A DNA stretch of 64,000 bases from an uncultured delta proteobacterium (GTDB taxonomy: Bacteria; Desulfobacterota; Binatia; UBA9968). The DNA lies in the NCBI GenBank assembly GCA_963804165.1, contig CAWDPO010000017.1, forward strand, positions 192,001-256,000. Direction: 5' to 3'. Position numbers and translations under genes: made by a program. The notes beneath the pieces were generated by a model. That model had not been told where the DNA came from. It did no database searches and was given only the letters and a program-made list of their open reading frames with translations. Shown here piece after piece: positions 42,907 to 54,101 of this stretch. Numbering within the stretch: the stretch's first letter is position 1; each line of letters starts with the position of its first letter.

Positions 42907-44547
42907 ATGACCGCACGCAAATCTATTTACCTGGTGGCAGTTTTGTTTTTCATAACGACCGCCGCGGCCCAAGATCGCAGCCATTCTGCCAAGATCGTCA
43001 AGGACGCGGTATCGTGCAACGAATTCGCGCCGGTTGCAAAACAGGTGATCGGCCAGTCGGTCGGCGTGGAGCAGTGCGGCATTATTTCCGAGGAAACGGT
43101 TTTCAATATTAAAGGGCAGAAATTTCGCCGTATCGAAGTGCGGCTGAGCGGCACAGTCGAGGGATGGGCATCGCGGGAGAAAGGTTCGCGCGCGATTTAT
43201 TTCACCGACGGGCCGGACTTCGTAATGACCCAATCGGGTCTCACTGGTCCGCGCTCGCGCGGCGTTGGTAAATACGAAGCTGCGACGGGGCACGGGTTGA
43301 CGATTTTCTATCCCGAAGACGCGCGGAACTGGAACGGCAAGCTCTTTATCACCGCGCACGGCGCGGGTTCTTACGGCGCTGTCGGAACATTGGTGCCGCG
43401 CGATCCCAACAACAAGTTCAACACGCTCGCCGGCGTCAATCGCTATATCGGTTTGATGATCGATAAGGGGTACGCGGTCGCGCACACCATGCGATCCGCC
43501 GACCGCACGCGCGGGGATATCTCGATCACGCTGGAGGACGGCACCAAGCTCGCCAATTACAATCTCAGTTCGCACGCCGGCTTGATCACTTCGTGGGGGC
43601 AACTGGCGCGCTCGTTGGTGCTCAAGCGACTGGGAACGCGACCGGCAAGAATCTACTTCTACGGACACTCCGCCGGAGGATTTTTAGGACGGCAGATCAA
43701 CTACCAACCTGGGGCGAATCAGGACGACGACGGCAAACCATTCTTCGATGGGTTCTTAATCGACGATGCGGGCAGCGGACTCTGGCTGCCGAAATTGATC
43801 GTCGACGGCAAGGATGCATTATTCACGACGAAAGAGGGGCGAGAGCATTTCGCCAAGCAAATTGACATTACACATATGTTGTATGCTGGCGACACGGGTG
43901 ATTACCTGCAAAACAAACGCGAGAACGCGCGGCTGCTCAGCGAGAAGGGCCTGTCAGCGATGCACCGTTTATATGAGATGCGCGGCGTGAGTCACTTCGA
44001 TGCGGGACAGGTTTCTCGCTCCGATCTGGTGAACCAAACCCTCGACCTCGGCGGGATTTTTGATGCGCTCATGGATCGCCTCGATGAGTGGGTGGAAAGA
44101 AATGTCACACCAACCCCGAATAAGATGGATACGGCTGCGTCGGCAGATAAAAAAAATAACGGCGCCAATGAGCACGGCGCTGTTGCCTTGCCGGAGGTCG
44201 CCTGCCCGCTGGGAATCTATTTCGCTTACCCGCCCGAGGTGGATCCAGGAAGGCGTGGCGGCCAGGAAACGGCCTTTGCCGCGTTCGACGGGACCAATCA
44301 CGAGCCTTTGGATGCGCGCGGTATTCTTATCGACATGAACGGAAATGGGGTCCGCGATAAACGCGAAACACCGACCCAGGCATGGCAGAGACTTGGACTG
44401 CTCAAGGCGGGACAAAAACTGACTTCTGCCGCTTATCAGAGTTGCGTGAAAGATGCGGCCGCAAAGCTGGTCAAACAAGGACTTCTGCCGGCAAGAGTCG
44501 GCGAATACTACGTGGGCAAGGCTTCGAAGGCGCGTTTGCTGAATTGA
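42907..44547 (+). CDS. secreted alpha/beta-hydrolase-fold protein
   Basis: Signal peptide, WNGKL, YFYGHSAGG nucleophile elbow, FDGFL. Confidence 0.65.
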   Translation: MTARKSIYLVAVLFFITTAAAQDRSHSAKIVKDAVSCNEFAPVAKQVIGQSVGVEQCGIISEETVFNIKGQKFRRIEVRLSGTVEGWASREKGSRAIYFTDGPDFVMTQSGLTGPRSRGVGKYEAATGHGLTIFYPEDARNWNGKLFITAHGAGSYGAVGTLVPRDPNNKFNTLAGVNRYIGLMIDKGYAVAHTMRSADRTRGDISITLEDGTKLANYNLSSHAGLITSWGQLARSLVLKRLGTRPARIYFYGHSAGGFLGRQINYQPGANQDDDGKPFFDGFLIDDAGSGLWLPKLIVDGKDALFTTKEGREHFAKQIDITHMLYAGDTGDYLQNKRENARLLSEKGLSAMHRLYEMRGVSHFDAGQVSRSDLVNQTLDLGGIFDALMDRLDEWVERNVTPTPNKMDTAASADKKNNGANEHGAVALPEVACPLGIYFAYPPEVDPGRRGGQETAFAAFDGTNHEPLDARGILIDMNGNGVRDKRETPTQAWQRLGLLKAGQKLTSAAYQSCVKDAAAKLVKQGLLPARVGEYYVGKASKARLLN

Positions 44548-44578
44548 CTTTTAGCGTTCGTGATCGCGAACCTCTGCT

Positions 44579-45605
44579 TCACTTCACTTGGCCGGGAAAC
44601 AGCTTTGACCCGTAGTCGCGGTTGACTTCGCGGATAAGAGTGTTGTCATAAAATCGCTTCGGGTCCAGATCCGCGACCTTGGGTAGGGTGGACTGCTCGA
44701 GCACGAGCTTTATCGCATCCGGGTCCACGCTCATGTCTCTGTTCCAGACTTTGACCCCATCCTGATAACTTTCTTCCAAAAGCTTTGCGTCTGATATTTT
44801 GCTGCTCTGGCCGAGAACGTTTTTGGCGTAGGCCGGATCGTCGAGAGAGCGCTTCACGCCGTCGAGATAACCCATCAGAAAAATCTTGAGAGTGTTGGGA
44901 TACTTCTGCACGAACGCGCGCGCGACGCCGGTGCCGGGTCCGATGATTTTCAGTCCCTTTTCGTAGTAGTCGATGACCACGGGAAAACCTTTGCTGCGCG
45001 CCATTTCCGTCTGCGGCGGCGTAACGATCAAACCATCGGCGTTGCCGACCAGAAAAGTCGAAAGCGCATCGGGCGGGCCCTTATGGTAGAGGAGCTTAAT
45101 GTCTTTGCCGATTTCCATGCCGCGCTCTTTGGCGCTTTTACGCATCGCGATCTCGCCGAAGGCCCCCACCGAAGTCGTCGCTACGGACTTGCCGCGAAAA
45201 TTTTCAAATGTTGTCAAGCCTTTTTGACCGAATAAAATCAGCGTGCTGCGGTCGACGCTGGCGGCGATGTAGATCAAATCCGAACCGGCCACATTGGCGT
45301 GAATCGTCGCGGTGCCGCCCTGGTAAATGTCCACTTGGCCGGACAACAGCGCCTGTGCCGAGGCCGTCGCGCTGAGGGTGCTTAAGTTCACAGTCACGCC
45401 GCGCTTGCTGAAGTAACCGGCTTCATTGGCCAAAATGATCGGCAAATAGAGCGGGCCGGTAGGCGGCAATGGCGACTTCAAGACGGTTTTTTTCCGGCTT
45501 GAGATCGGGGCCCTGGGCGGCTCGACTCGCTGGTATTTCGATAGCCGCTACAAGCAACGCAAAGCATAGGACTCTGATTGCAACAAATTCACGGTGTCGT
45601 TTCAT
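44579..45605 (-). CDS. ABC transporter substrate-binding protein, NMT1/SsuA-like (N-terminal frameshift)
   Basis: Signal peptide in ORF 45423-45605, body in ORF 44579-45481. Confidence 0.85.
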
Positions 45606-45637
45606 GGTATTTCTCCGAAAAACTTAACGTCATAGTC

Positions 45638-46657
45638 TTACTTGGCGGCGAGCATGCCCGTCAACTTCGCCGCCAAGGGCGGCGGCAGTTTGAAAAGTTC
45701 GTCGACGATTCTTTTTACTTCTTCGCCGGTCAGCGGGTTGATGTCGATGTTGATTTTCTTAGCTTCTGCGACGAACTCGGGATCGGTAAGGGTCTGGGCA
45801 AAAGCGCTCCGCAAGATCTGCAGCCGGTCCTTGGGTGTGCGCGGCGCGGTGACGTACACGCGCACGATGGCGGCGGGATCAATGGCGCCGGCTTTGAGGA
45901 GCTGGCGCGCCTCTTGAGTTTTGGCGAGATCGAGGGCGAGCGCCACGTTGGGAAAGTCGGGAAGTTTCTTCGCCGTGACCTGTAGGACCACGTTGACTTC
46001 GCCGGCTTGAAGCCCGGTGGCCCAATTTGCTTTCATCGACTCCCAAGCCCAGCACGCGCCATGCAACTCGCCGGCGTCGGCCGCCATGCGCATTTCCGCC
46101 GTGCCTTTGTAGCCTTCGACCAATTGGATCGGCAATTCCAACGTGGCCTTGATGGCGCGAACGGTGTCGCTGGTGCTGTTGCCAGGACCCAATCCGCCGA
46201 GCTTGATCGGCGTCTTTGAGGCGCGCCACTGATCGATGGTCGTAACGCCGCTTTCCTTGCGCAAAGCGCACACCGTGCTGTCCTGGACGGGCACACCGAT
46301 AAATTCCAGTTCACGCATCTCGAAGTCGATGCCTTTCAGGCCCAATACCCGCCCCAAAATCAAACCGCCGTTGAAGATGCCGAACGTCAAGCCGTCAGGT
46401 TTCGCGCTGCCGTGCAAGTATTTGGCGGCGATCAGCGTGGCGGCCCCGGTCATGTTTTCAACAAGGATCGCCGGATTACCGGGAATATGTTTGCCCAAAT
46501 GGCGCGCCATGACGCGCGAATAGGTATCGAAGCCGCCGCCGGCGCTGCCGCCGACGATGATGCGGACGGTTTTGCCTTTGTAAAATTCCTGCGCGCCCAG
46601 TCGAACCGACAAAGCGAGTAAGAAAACGGACGCGGTGATGGTCATTCTGATGCTCAT
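45638..46657 (-). CDS. tripartite tricarboxylate transporter substrate-binding protein (TctC/Bug)
   Basis: GGSAGGGFDTYSR, PGNP..VENMTGA, GYKG. Confidence 0.9.
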   Translation of the reverse strand: MSIRMTITASVFLLALSVRLGAQEFYKGKTVRIIVGGSAGGGFDTYSRVMARHLGKHIPGNPAILVENMTGAATLIAAKYLHGSAKPDGLTFGIFNGGLILGRVLGLKGIDFEMRELEFIGVPVQDSTVCALRKESGVTTIDQWRASKTPIKLGGLGPGNSTSDTVRAIKATLELPIQLVEGYKGTAEMRMAADAGELHGACWAWESMKANWATGLQAGEVNVVLQVTAKKLPDFPNVALALDLAKTQEARQLLKAGAIDPAAIVRVYVTAPRTPKDRLQILRSAFAQTLTDPEFVAEAKKINIDINPLTGEEVKRIVDELFKLPPPLAAKLTGMLAAK

Positions 46658-46823
46658 AGCGCCATCCTCCCGACACGGGTCCATACAGGCAACCGTGGGC
46701 GCTTGTCAATGCGCTGCGATGGATTGTTCCGGCGCCGGGACGCGCTGACAATGGTTGACGCAGTGCGGCGTTTTCGCATAGTGTGCGCGCAATCGACTTT
46801 CGCCGCGAAAGGAGATCGACTCG

Positions 46824-47846
46824 ATGCTCCGTATTTTGTTACTTGCCGTTTTTTTAGGACTCACCGGCGTCGGGAACAGCCACGCAGCCGCGGATAGTGA
46901 ATTCTATCAAGGGAAAGTCATTCGAATCGTCGTCGGCTTTTCAGCCGGCGGCGGCTTCGACACTTACGCCCGCACTCTGTCGCGGTCCATGGGCAAATAT
47001 ATGCCCGGCAACCCGTCGGTCATCGTAGAAAACATGACCGGCGCCGGCAGTTTGATTGCGGCCAATCACATCTACCGCGTCGCCAAGGCCGATGGATTAA
47101 CGATCGGCTCGTTCAACGGCAACCACATTCTCGGCCAACTCCTCGGTGCGTCGGGGATCAGTTTTGATCCGCGCAAAATGGAGTGGATGGGCGCGCCCGG
47201 TAATAACCATGACCTGTGCGTGCTCAACCAAAAGACCGGGATCGCCAATGCTGAGCAATGGCTCGCGTCTAAATCGCCGCTCAAGTTGGCGGGCAGCGCT
47301 CCAGGTACGACGACGGACGACACCCCCAAGGTGCTCAAAGAGGCCATCGGCATCCCCATGCGGCTCATTACCGGATACAAAGGCACCGCCGATATGCGCG
47401 TGGCGGTGGAAGCGGGGGAGGTCGATGGTCTCTGTGGATTTTCTTGGACATCGGTGCGCTCGACTTGGCGTAAAGCAGTGGAAGCCGGGCAAGTCACGAT
47501 CGTGCTCCAAAGCGCGCCGAAGGCACATGCAGACCTGCCCAAGGTGCCGGTGTCGAGCAACTTTGCCAAAACGCCGGAAGCGCGCCAGTTGATCGAAACG
47601 GGTATCCATCAACCGAGCGCGATGACTTACAGTTATTCGCTGCCGCCAGCCACACCGAAAGATCGAGTGCAAGTTCTGCGCAAAGCGTTCCTGCAAGCGG
47701 TCAAAGATCCCGACTTTTTGAACGACGCGGGCAAAGCGAATCTGGAAGTCACGCCGTCTTCCGGGGAAGAGATTGAGCAGTCCATCCAGAAATTGTTCAA
47801 GACACCGCCGTCGGTACTCGCCAAGCTCAAGGAGGTTTTGAAATAG
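46824..47846 (+). CDS. tripartite tricarboxylate transporter substrate-binding protein (TctC/Bug)
   Basis: GFSAGGGFDTYAR, VENMTGAGSL; divergent from its paralog. Confidence 0.9.
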   Translation: MLRILLLAVFLGLTGVGNSHAAADSEFYQGKVIRIVVGFSAGGGFDTYARTLSRSMGKYMPGNPSVIVENMTGAGSLIAANHIYRVAKADGLTIGSFNGNHILGQLLGASGISFDPRKMEWMGAPGNNHDLCVLNQKTGIANAEQWLASKSPLKLAGSAPGTTTDDTPKVLKEAIGIPMRLITGYKGTADMRVAVEAGEVDGLCGFSWTSVRSTWRKAVEAGQVTIVLQSAPKAHADLPKVPVSSNFAKTPEARQLIETGIHQPSAMTYSYSLPPATPKDRVQVLRKAFLQAVKDPDFLNDAGKANLEVTPSSGEEIEQSIQKLFKTPPSVLAKLKEVLK

Positions 47847-47862
47847 TAGCCGAAGCCAATCT

Positions 47863-48468
47863 CTAAAGGATCGCTTGCACCGACGGTCGCGCTTTTATGC
47901 GCTTGAGCCAGGCGCCGAGAAGCGGCAACGACGGCGCCGGCAATGCACCGTAAGTTTCCATGCGCAGGAAGCGCGGGATGATCGCGATATCGGTAAGCCC
48001 AAAGTCGTCGAGAAAATACGGCTTCTCTCCCAGCGTCGCTTCGAGATACGCGAGCAGCACACGTAAACTTTGCCGCTTTTCTTCCATCACAATGGCATTG
48101 CGCTCCGCCGCTGGCTTAAGCATCTCTCCGCGCAAATCCCAGTAGGGCTCGTGCGCGTATTTTAGCGCATAATCGACGAGCACCCGTCCGCGCCCGCGCA
48201 AGTAGGGATCTTTCGGCATCAACGGCGGATTGGGATATTTCTCGTCGAGATATTCGTTGATGATGCAGGACTCGAATAACACTTTGCCGTCTTCGACGAG
48301 AACGGGAATCTTGCCGTAGGGATTCAGCTTAAGAAACTCCGGGTTCTTTTGTTCTTTGTTGGCAAGTCTAACGCGAACGCCGTCCCACTTGAGGCCTTTT
48401 TCCGCCAGAGCGATTTTGACCCTGTCACAATTGGACGACGGCATGTCATGGTAGAGAGTGATTGCCAT
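47863..48468 (-). CDS. glutathione S-transferase family protein
   Basis: LNPYGKIPVL, LFESCIINEYLDE, FGLTDI. Confidence 0.92.
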   Translation of the reverse strand: MAITLYHDMPSSNCDRVKIALAEKGLKWDGVRVRLANKEQKNPEFLKLNPYGKIPVLVEDGKVLFESCIINEYLDEKYPNPPLMPKDPYLRGRGRVLVDYALKYAHEPYWDLRGEMLKPAAERNAIVMEEKRQSLRVLLAYLEATLGEKPYFLDDFGLTDIAIIPRFLRMETYGALPAPSLPLLGAWLKRIKARPSVQAIL

Positions 48469-48668
48469 AGTAGCCTCCGGGTAAAAGAGTTGGCTTCGAT
48501 TTAGCATCGCTCAATGTGCGCCGCAAGGATGATCCGGACCCCCTTGCCGTCACCCCACAGCTTTTTTTTGAGGGACTCGTTCAAAAGCCAGTAGCGGCAG
48601 GCTATTCTTAAGACTAGTGGGTGCGCTCGCATATTACAGCAGACAAAGGCGGGTGCCAAGGTGCCGTG

Positions 48669-49807
48669 ATGTCGTTACCGCAAACCCTTGACGATTCGAA
48701 CCCCGACTCTAAAGCGAAAGCCCGGGATGGTCCCGACGTTACTGATCTTGCAAGACTGCTTGCCCCGGTCAATATACGTTCGATCGCCTTGACCGGAATG
48801 TTCATCTTGGCGGTTTTCTATACGCTGAAGATTGCCAGCTCTTTTTTCATTCCAGTGGTGCTCGCGATTCTGCTCAATTTTGTGTTCGCCTCGACGATCA
48901 GAACGTTGGGCCGGTTCGCGATTCCCGCCCCGGTCGGGGCGGTGCTCGTGCTCGGCCTGTTAATCGGCGGGCGTAGGTTTCGGTATTTTCCAGCTGGCCG
49001 GCCCCGCCCGGGATTGGATGGTAAAACTGCCGGAGACAGCGAGGCAGATCGAGCGCAAACTCAGCGACCTGAAACAATCGGTCCGGGAAGTTACCAGAGC
49101 CAGGGCAAGAAGTCGACAAGTTGACGAATTTGAATGCCGAAGAGAAAGGCCGAAAAGTCGAAGTGCGCAAGCCGAGTTTTGGCGAAACATGGCTGGCGCC
49201 AACGCAAGATTTTGTCATCGGCGGCGGCACGGTGCTGGTTCTGCTATTTTTTCTACTGGCCTCTGGAGACCTATTCTTGCGCAAGCTGGTTACCGTGTTG
49301 CCGCGGTTCGAAGACAAGAAAACCGCAGTAGAAATCAGCCGGCAAATCGAGCACGATATTTCCCGATATTTGTTCTCGATCTGCGTGATCAATCTATTTT
49401 TTGGAGCGGCGATCGGGATTGCGATGGTTTTTCTCGGCATGCCGAATCCGTTGCTCTGGGGCGCGATGGCAGGGCTGCTGCACTTCGTTCCTTTTCTCGG
49501 CGCGGTCGTCGGCATGACCGTCGTGACGTTGGTGGCAGCGATAACGTTGGACGGAGCCGGCGCGATCCTGCTCGTACCCGCAACCTATTTTGGTTTAAAT
49601 ATTATCGAGGAGTATGTCGTCGTGCCTCTTGTGCTCGGGCGACGCCTGATGCTCAATCCGGTCGTTCTCTTCGTCTGGTTGATCTTTTGGGGCTGGCTAT
49701 GGAGCGTGCCGGGCGCACTGATGGCGGTACCGCTGTTGGCGATCATGAAGATAGTTTGCGATCACGTCGAACCGCTCGGCGCGATTGGCGAGTTTATCGC
49801 TCGATAA
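48669..49807 (+). CDS. AI-2E family transporter, frameshifted
   Basis: FFIPVVLA, LGMPNPLLWG, FVPFLG, LNPVVLF..FWGWLW.VPGALMAVP. Confidence 0.88.
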
Positions 49808-49820
49808 AATTAATTGCGGG

Positions 49821-50690
49821 TTAGTGCTTAGGGCGGCTGACGAGCACCACTGAGCTGACGATCAGAGCCGCGGCGACCATAATGCGCGGCGTAATGATTT
49901 CTTTGCCGAGAAAGTAGCCGAGGATCATGGCGACGAGCGGGTTGACGTAGGAGTACGTTGCTACCAACGGAATCGGCGCCGCACGCAAAAGCCACGCGTA
50001 AGAGACGAAGGCGATCGGGCCGATGACGGTTAAATAGGTCCAGGCGAGTCCCGAGCGCAAGGAAATCGCATTGAGGTCCAAACCGGAGAACTCGCCGAAG
50101 ACGTATGCGACGCCGATTTGGACGATGCCGCCCGCAAGCATCTCGACGCCGGTCGTGACCAGCGCCGAAGCCGGCAGCGCGGCGGTTTTTCCATAAATCG
50201 AGCCGATCGCCCAAAAGAAAGAGGCGACCAGGACGGCGATCGCTCCGTAAAGGTTCGCCGGCGTCGCGTTTTCGGCGGTCCAGCCGAGCAACAGCAGAGC
50301 GCCGGAAAAGCCAAGCAAAATACCGCTCATCGCTCTGGCGTTCGGCTTGTCGCCGTGGGGTCGAAGAGCGTCGATCAAGATCATCCACAGCGGCACCGTT
50401 GCAACCAGGAGCGCGGCTAAGTTCGACGGAATAAATTGCGCCGCCCAGACCACCCCGCCGTTGCCACCGACTAAGAGAAGGATACCGACGATTGCTGCAT
50501 TGCGCCATTCGAGCGGCGTGGGTTTGGGATCGCCAGAAGCGCGCCGCCACAAGTACAAAAATGCCCCGGAGATGATGAAACGCGCGGCCGCCGATAGGAA
50601 CGGCGGAGTCGTTTCGACTGTGAAGCGAATAGCGAGGTAGGTCGATCCCCAGATAAGATAGACTGCGCCGAGGGCGAGCCAGATTCGCAT
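49821..50690 (-). CDS. EamA family transporter (YedA-like)
   Basis: VYLIWGSTYLAIR, YSYVNPLVA. Confidence 0.9.
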   Translation of the reverse strand: MRIWLALGAVYLIWGSTYLAIRFTVETTPPFLSAAARFIISGAFLYLWRRASGDPKPTPLEWRNAAIVGILLLVGGNGGVVWAAQFIPSNLAALLVATVPLWMILIDALRPHGDKPNARAMSGILLGFSGALLLLGWTAENATPANLYGAIAVLVASFFWAIGSIYGKTAALPASALVTTGVEMLAGGIVQIGVAYVFGEFSGLDLNAISLRSGLAWTYLTVIGPIAFVSYAWLLRAAPIPLVATYSYVNPLVAMILGYFLGKEIITPRIMVAAALIVSSVVLVSRPKH

Positions 50691-51038
50691 CGGCGAGGCG
50701 CCGAACGTTTGCGCCGCCGAGCCGGTTTGATTCACGAAAGCGCGCCTTCCAGCCGGAGCAGCCAACGTTCGGCAGTGAATCTGCGCTGTTCTGTTCCTAA
50801 CGGGTGCCAGGGATAGGCCAGGATTTCATCGTGGTGGAGCTCGATCAATCTTTCATGACGAGGAGTCAATCTCGTGATCCAATCTCACACTTGTATAACT
50901 CTACGGATCGGTCTTTGTGAAATCTTTTCCGGAAATTGACTAGCAGCGCGGCGAGAAAGTTAGAAACATGACGCTCATTCGTGAGCGGAGCACGCGATGG
51001 CAATTTGCTATTAATCTGACCGCGTGGAGAGGTGCCGG

Positions 51039-51497
51039 CTATTCTCCCGGTGCCATGTTTTTCTTTCTGAGTTCTTCCATGGCGTTGGCAGTCTTGCCCA
51101 GGGGACCGACGCCCATGCCTTTGAGGATATGCTCGTCTTTGGTGAACTGGACATCGTCGTAGGGAACGATTTCGATGCGGTTACCCCATGGATCGAGGAT
51201 ATTCAGCCGATCGTTGATGCTCTTGATGCCGAGCTTTTCCATGGATTGGCGCACCGCGTCGCGATCATCGACGACGAAACCAAAATGGCGCTTAGTGTCA
51301 GGCGACTGGGACCGACCGAGAGTCAGCTGGATGAATTGGTCTCCCAGATCAATAAATGCATTGTGCTCGCTCTTGCCGCGCAGCTTAAATTCGAATAGCG
51401 CGCCGTAAAAATCCAGAGCTTTATCCAGGTCGTCTACTTCCAGGACGACATGATTGATGCCCAGCGCGCGGGCTTTTTTTGTTTGTTGGTCGCTCAT
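51039..51497 (-). CDS. VOC/glyoxalase family protein
   Basis: GINHVVLEV, HFGFVVDD, DPWGNRIE. Confidence 0.88.
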   Translation of the reverse strand: MSDQQTKKARALGINHVVLEVDDLDKALDFYGALFEFKLRGKSEHNAFIDLGDQFIQLTLGRSQSPDTKRHFGFVVDDRDAVRQSMEKLGIKSINDRLNILDPWGNRIEIVPYDDVQFTKDEHILKGMGVGPLGKTANAMEELRKKNMAPGE

Positions 51498-52186
51498 CGG
51501 TTTTCCCCTTTCGTTGATTCGAGCGCTTTTTGCAGCGTTTCCATCTGATTTTTTAGATGGCGCACGACGGTTCTCTCGGCGATCTCGGGGTTTTTCTTCA
51601 AGAAAGCATCCAAGATCTGGTCATGCTCGCGCATCGAATAGTCGAGCCGCTGCGGCGCACGCAGCCCGAGAATGCGCGTTTTCTGCATATCTTTGCGGAG
51701 CTGATCGACCAGCCGGTAAAGACGTTCGTTGCGGGCAATCTCGGCGATGAAACGATGAAAGCGATTATTGGCATCGAAATACTGAACCAGGTCGCGTTTG
51801 TGCGACGCTTCTTTGAGCGCTTTGTGCAGCTCCCGAAGATGTTCTACTTCCTCCGCGCTTGCCCTTTCAACCGCGAGCCTTGCGGCCAAACCTTCGAGCA
51901 CGCCCGAGATCGTGTAGAAATCTTCGATTTCTTCGCGCGTCGGCTTGCTCACCACCACATCATCATTACGGCGAAAAGTCACGTAGCCGTCCGTTTCAAG
52001 CGCGCGCAAGGCTTCGCGCAGCGCCACCGGACCGACTTTTAGGGAAGCTGCCAGGTTTGCTTCGTCGAGCCGTTCGCCAGGCGCAAGCTTGCCGGATACG
52101 ATAGCTTCCTTGAGCTTTTCGAAAAGCAGTTTAGTGAGCGACTTGAATCGCTTTTCTGCTCGATCAGCGCCGCCTGTTAAAATCAC
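51494..52186 (-). CDS. GntR (FCD) family transcriptional regulator
   Basis: LAPGERLDE..LA..L.V...LREAL, NNRFH, EHDQIL. Confidence 0.92.
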   Translation of the reverse strand: MILTGGADRAEKRFKSLTKLLFEKLKEAIVSGKLAPGERLDEANLAASLKVGPVALREALRALETDGYVTFRRNDDVVVSKPTREEIEDFYTISGVLEGLAARLAVERASAEEVEHLRELHKALKEASHKRDLVQYFDANNRFHRFIAEIARNERLYRLVDQLRKDMQKTRILGLRAPQRLDYSMREHDQILDAFLKKNPEIAERTVVRHLKNQMETLQKALESTKGENR

Positions 52187-53718
52187 TTGGGCTCTCCGCT
52201 GCGGTTATCCTTCGCGGTCGCCGCGACCTTGCGCTGAAAGAGTTTCATAAAAGCTTCCTGCACTTTCTGGAGTTGGCTTTTTACGGTAAAAAGCAAGACG
52301 CCGTCGATGCACCGGAGAAAGACCTCTTGGCCGATTTTCAATTCTGTCTCGTCCTCGCCCTGGGCCATCACGAGGTGACCGTCCGGTGCCCTGATGAGCG
52401 CGAGCGCCAGCGGCGGCAGAAAACCGTCCGGCGTAACGTAGAGGATCGTGAAAGTTTCGATGATGCCTTCATCGATCTCACGCGCCGGCGCCGCGCGGAC
52501 TTTTTGATGGCTCGCTATTGGCGTGCCGTTCGGCGGCCACAGATTTTGCACGACTGGCGCGTCGGCGCGTTGCAAAACCGTGACGAAGTTATTGGCGGCC
52601 AGGCCGCCGATGCTCTGGGTTAGGCCGCGTTTGAATTCACGCTTCGAGACGCCGGCGCCGCGCAGCCTTTTGGCAACTTCGACCACCTGGGCGAGCCCGC
52701 TGGCGCCGACGGGATGACCGCGCGCTTTCAATCCGCCAGAGGGATTGATTGGCAACGTGCCGTCGATGGCGGTCTTGCCGTCGAGCACCGCTTCACCAGC
52801 TTTGCCAGCCGGAAAAAATCCCAGATCTTCACTGTCGATAATCTCGAAGGGTGTAAAAGCATCGTGAACTTCGGCAAAATCGATGCCTTGCGGCGAGGTC
52901 TCTGCCATCTGGTACGCGCGCACGGCGGCGATCTTGGTGGCGGGAAACGAAGTAAAGATATCCCGGTCCTGGAGACCCAGCGGCCCTGTACCTTGCCCCA
53001 CGCCAGCTAAACGCACGTCGGTTGTTTCGCTGGTAAGAATGACGGCAGCTGCGCCGTCGGTGATCGGCGAGCAGTCATAAAGCCGCAACGGCGTCGCCAC
53101 GAACTTGCTGGCGAAGTAGGCCTCGCGCGTGATTGCGCGCTGAAACTGCGCCATCGGGTTGTGCGCGCCATTGGCATGGTTTTTCAGCGCCACGTGGCAC
53201 AGGATATTTTCTAGACGCGACTCGGAGATGCGAAATTTTTGCCGGTACTTTTCGGTAATCATTGCCGCCAGCGCGGGCATGGTCGCGCCGCATTGGCGTT
53301 CGCGCCTGTCGATGACTTCCGCCAGGATGCGCGTCGTCGCGCTGGTGCTGAGGTGTGTCATTTTTTCCCCAGCCAGCACGAGGACGCGCCGATAATAGCC
53401 CGACGCGATAGCTTGAAATCCCGCCATCAGCGCGGCGGCGCCGGCGGATGACGCGGTTTCGATGCGAACGGCGGGGACACCGCTTAATCCGATCGCGCCG
53501 GCGATCAGCGATGCAACGTTACTGTCGCCGGTGAATTCCTCGGGATTCATTGCGCCAATGTATAACGCATCGATCTCCTGGGGTTCGCCTTCGCCAAGGG
53601 CGCTGCGTGCCGCTTCGCGAAAAATCTCGGACAGTGTTCGGGGGTCCTTACCGAACTTGGTCATGGCGACGCCATCGACGTAAACGGACTGCATAGATGC
53701 ATCAATTTTAACCTTCAA
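52183..53718 (-). CDS. thiolase-like (SCP2/Ltp type) protein with C-terminal DUF35 OB-fold-like extension
   Basis: DCSPITDGAAA, EVHDAFT, INPSGGLKARGHPVGASG; tail GIIETFTILYVTPDGF.PP. Confidence 0.8.
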   Translation of the reverse strand: MKVKIDASMQSVYVDGVAMTKFGKDPRTLSEIFREAARSALGEGEPQEIDALYIGAMNPEEFTGDSNVASLIAGAIGLSGVPAVRIETASSAGAAALMAGFQAIASGYYRRVLVLAGEKMTHLSTSATTRILAEVIDRRERQCGATMPALAAMITEKYRQKFRISESRLENILCHVALKNHANGAHNPMAQFQRAITREAYFASKFVATPLRLYDCSPITDGAAAVILTSETTDVRLAGVGQGTGPLGLQDRDIFTSFPATKIAAVRAYQMAETSPQGIDFAEVHDAFTPFEIIDSEDLGFFPAGKAGEAVLDGKTAIDGTLPINPSGGLKARGHPVGASGLAQVVEVAKRLRGAGVSKREFKRGLTQSIGGLAANNFVTVLQRADAPVVQNLWPPNGTPIASHQKVRAAPAREIDEGIIETFTILYVTPDGFLPPLALALIRAPDGHLVMAQGEDETELKIGQEVFLRCIDGVLLFTVKSQLQKVQEAFMKLFQRKVAATAKDNRSGEPK

Positions 53719-54101
53719 CCCCGATCATTCCAAGACGACAAAATTACCGCGCTGGATCCGACCGGAGAACAAGGACGAAAATCAAAACAATTATTCGAGA
53801 GGGCCAATCGATCGGCGCACGAATGTCGGAAGGGCAATTATGAAGTTTGGGTTACATTAAGCACGCGGTTAGGATAGACCAGGACTCGATCACGGCTCAA
53901 TTGGCGATGGTCTTTGCGGCCGACAGAATTAACGCTCCAAATCCGGATTGGAGGTTTCCGGTTTCTTCGAAAAGTTGAGCGCCGCGCATGGCGCGATTGA
54001 GCCGGTCATAAGCCGTGGGGCGATCTCCGGCTTGACGAAATTTCCAACGCTGTGACATAAACGGAATAAGGTCACGCCGGAGACGGTTCGGAGGTAACAT
54101 T

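Noticed and set aside
221-49807. Numerous frameshifted genes as mass pseudogenisation or programmed frameshifting
   Set aside because: Single-base indels hit unrelated genes throughout, with few in-frame stops and some compensating pairs; long-read consensus error is the simpler explanation
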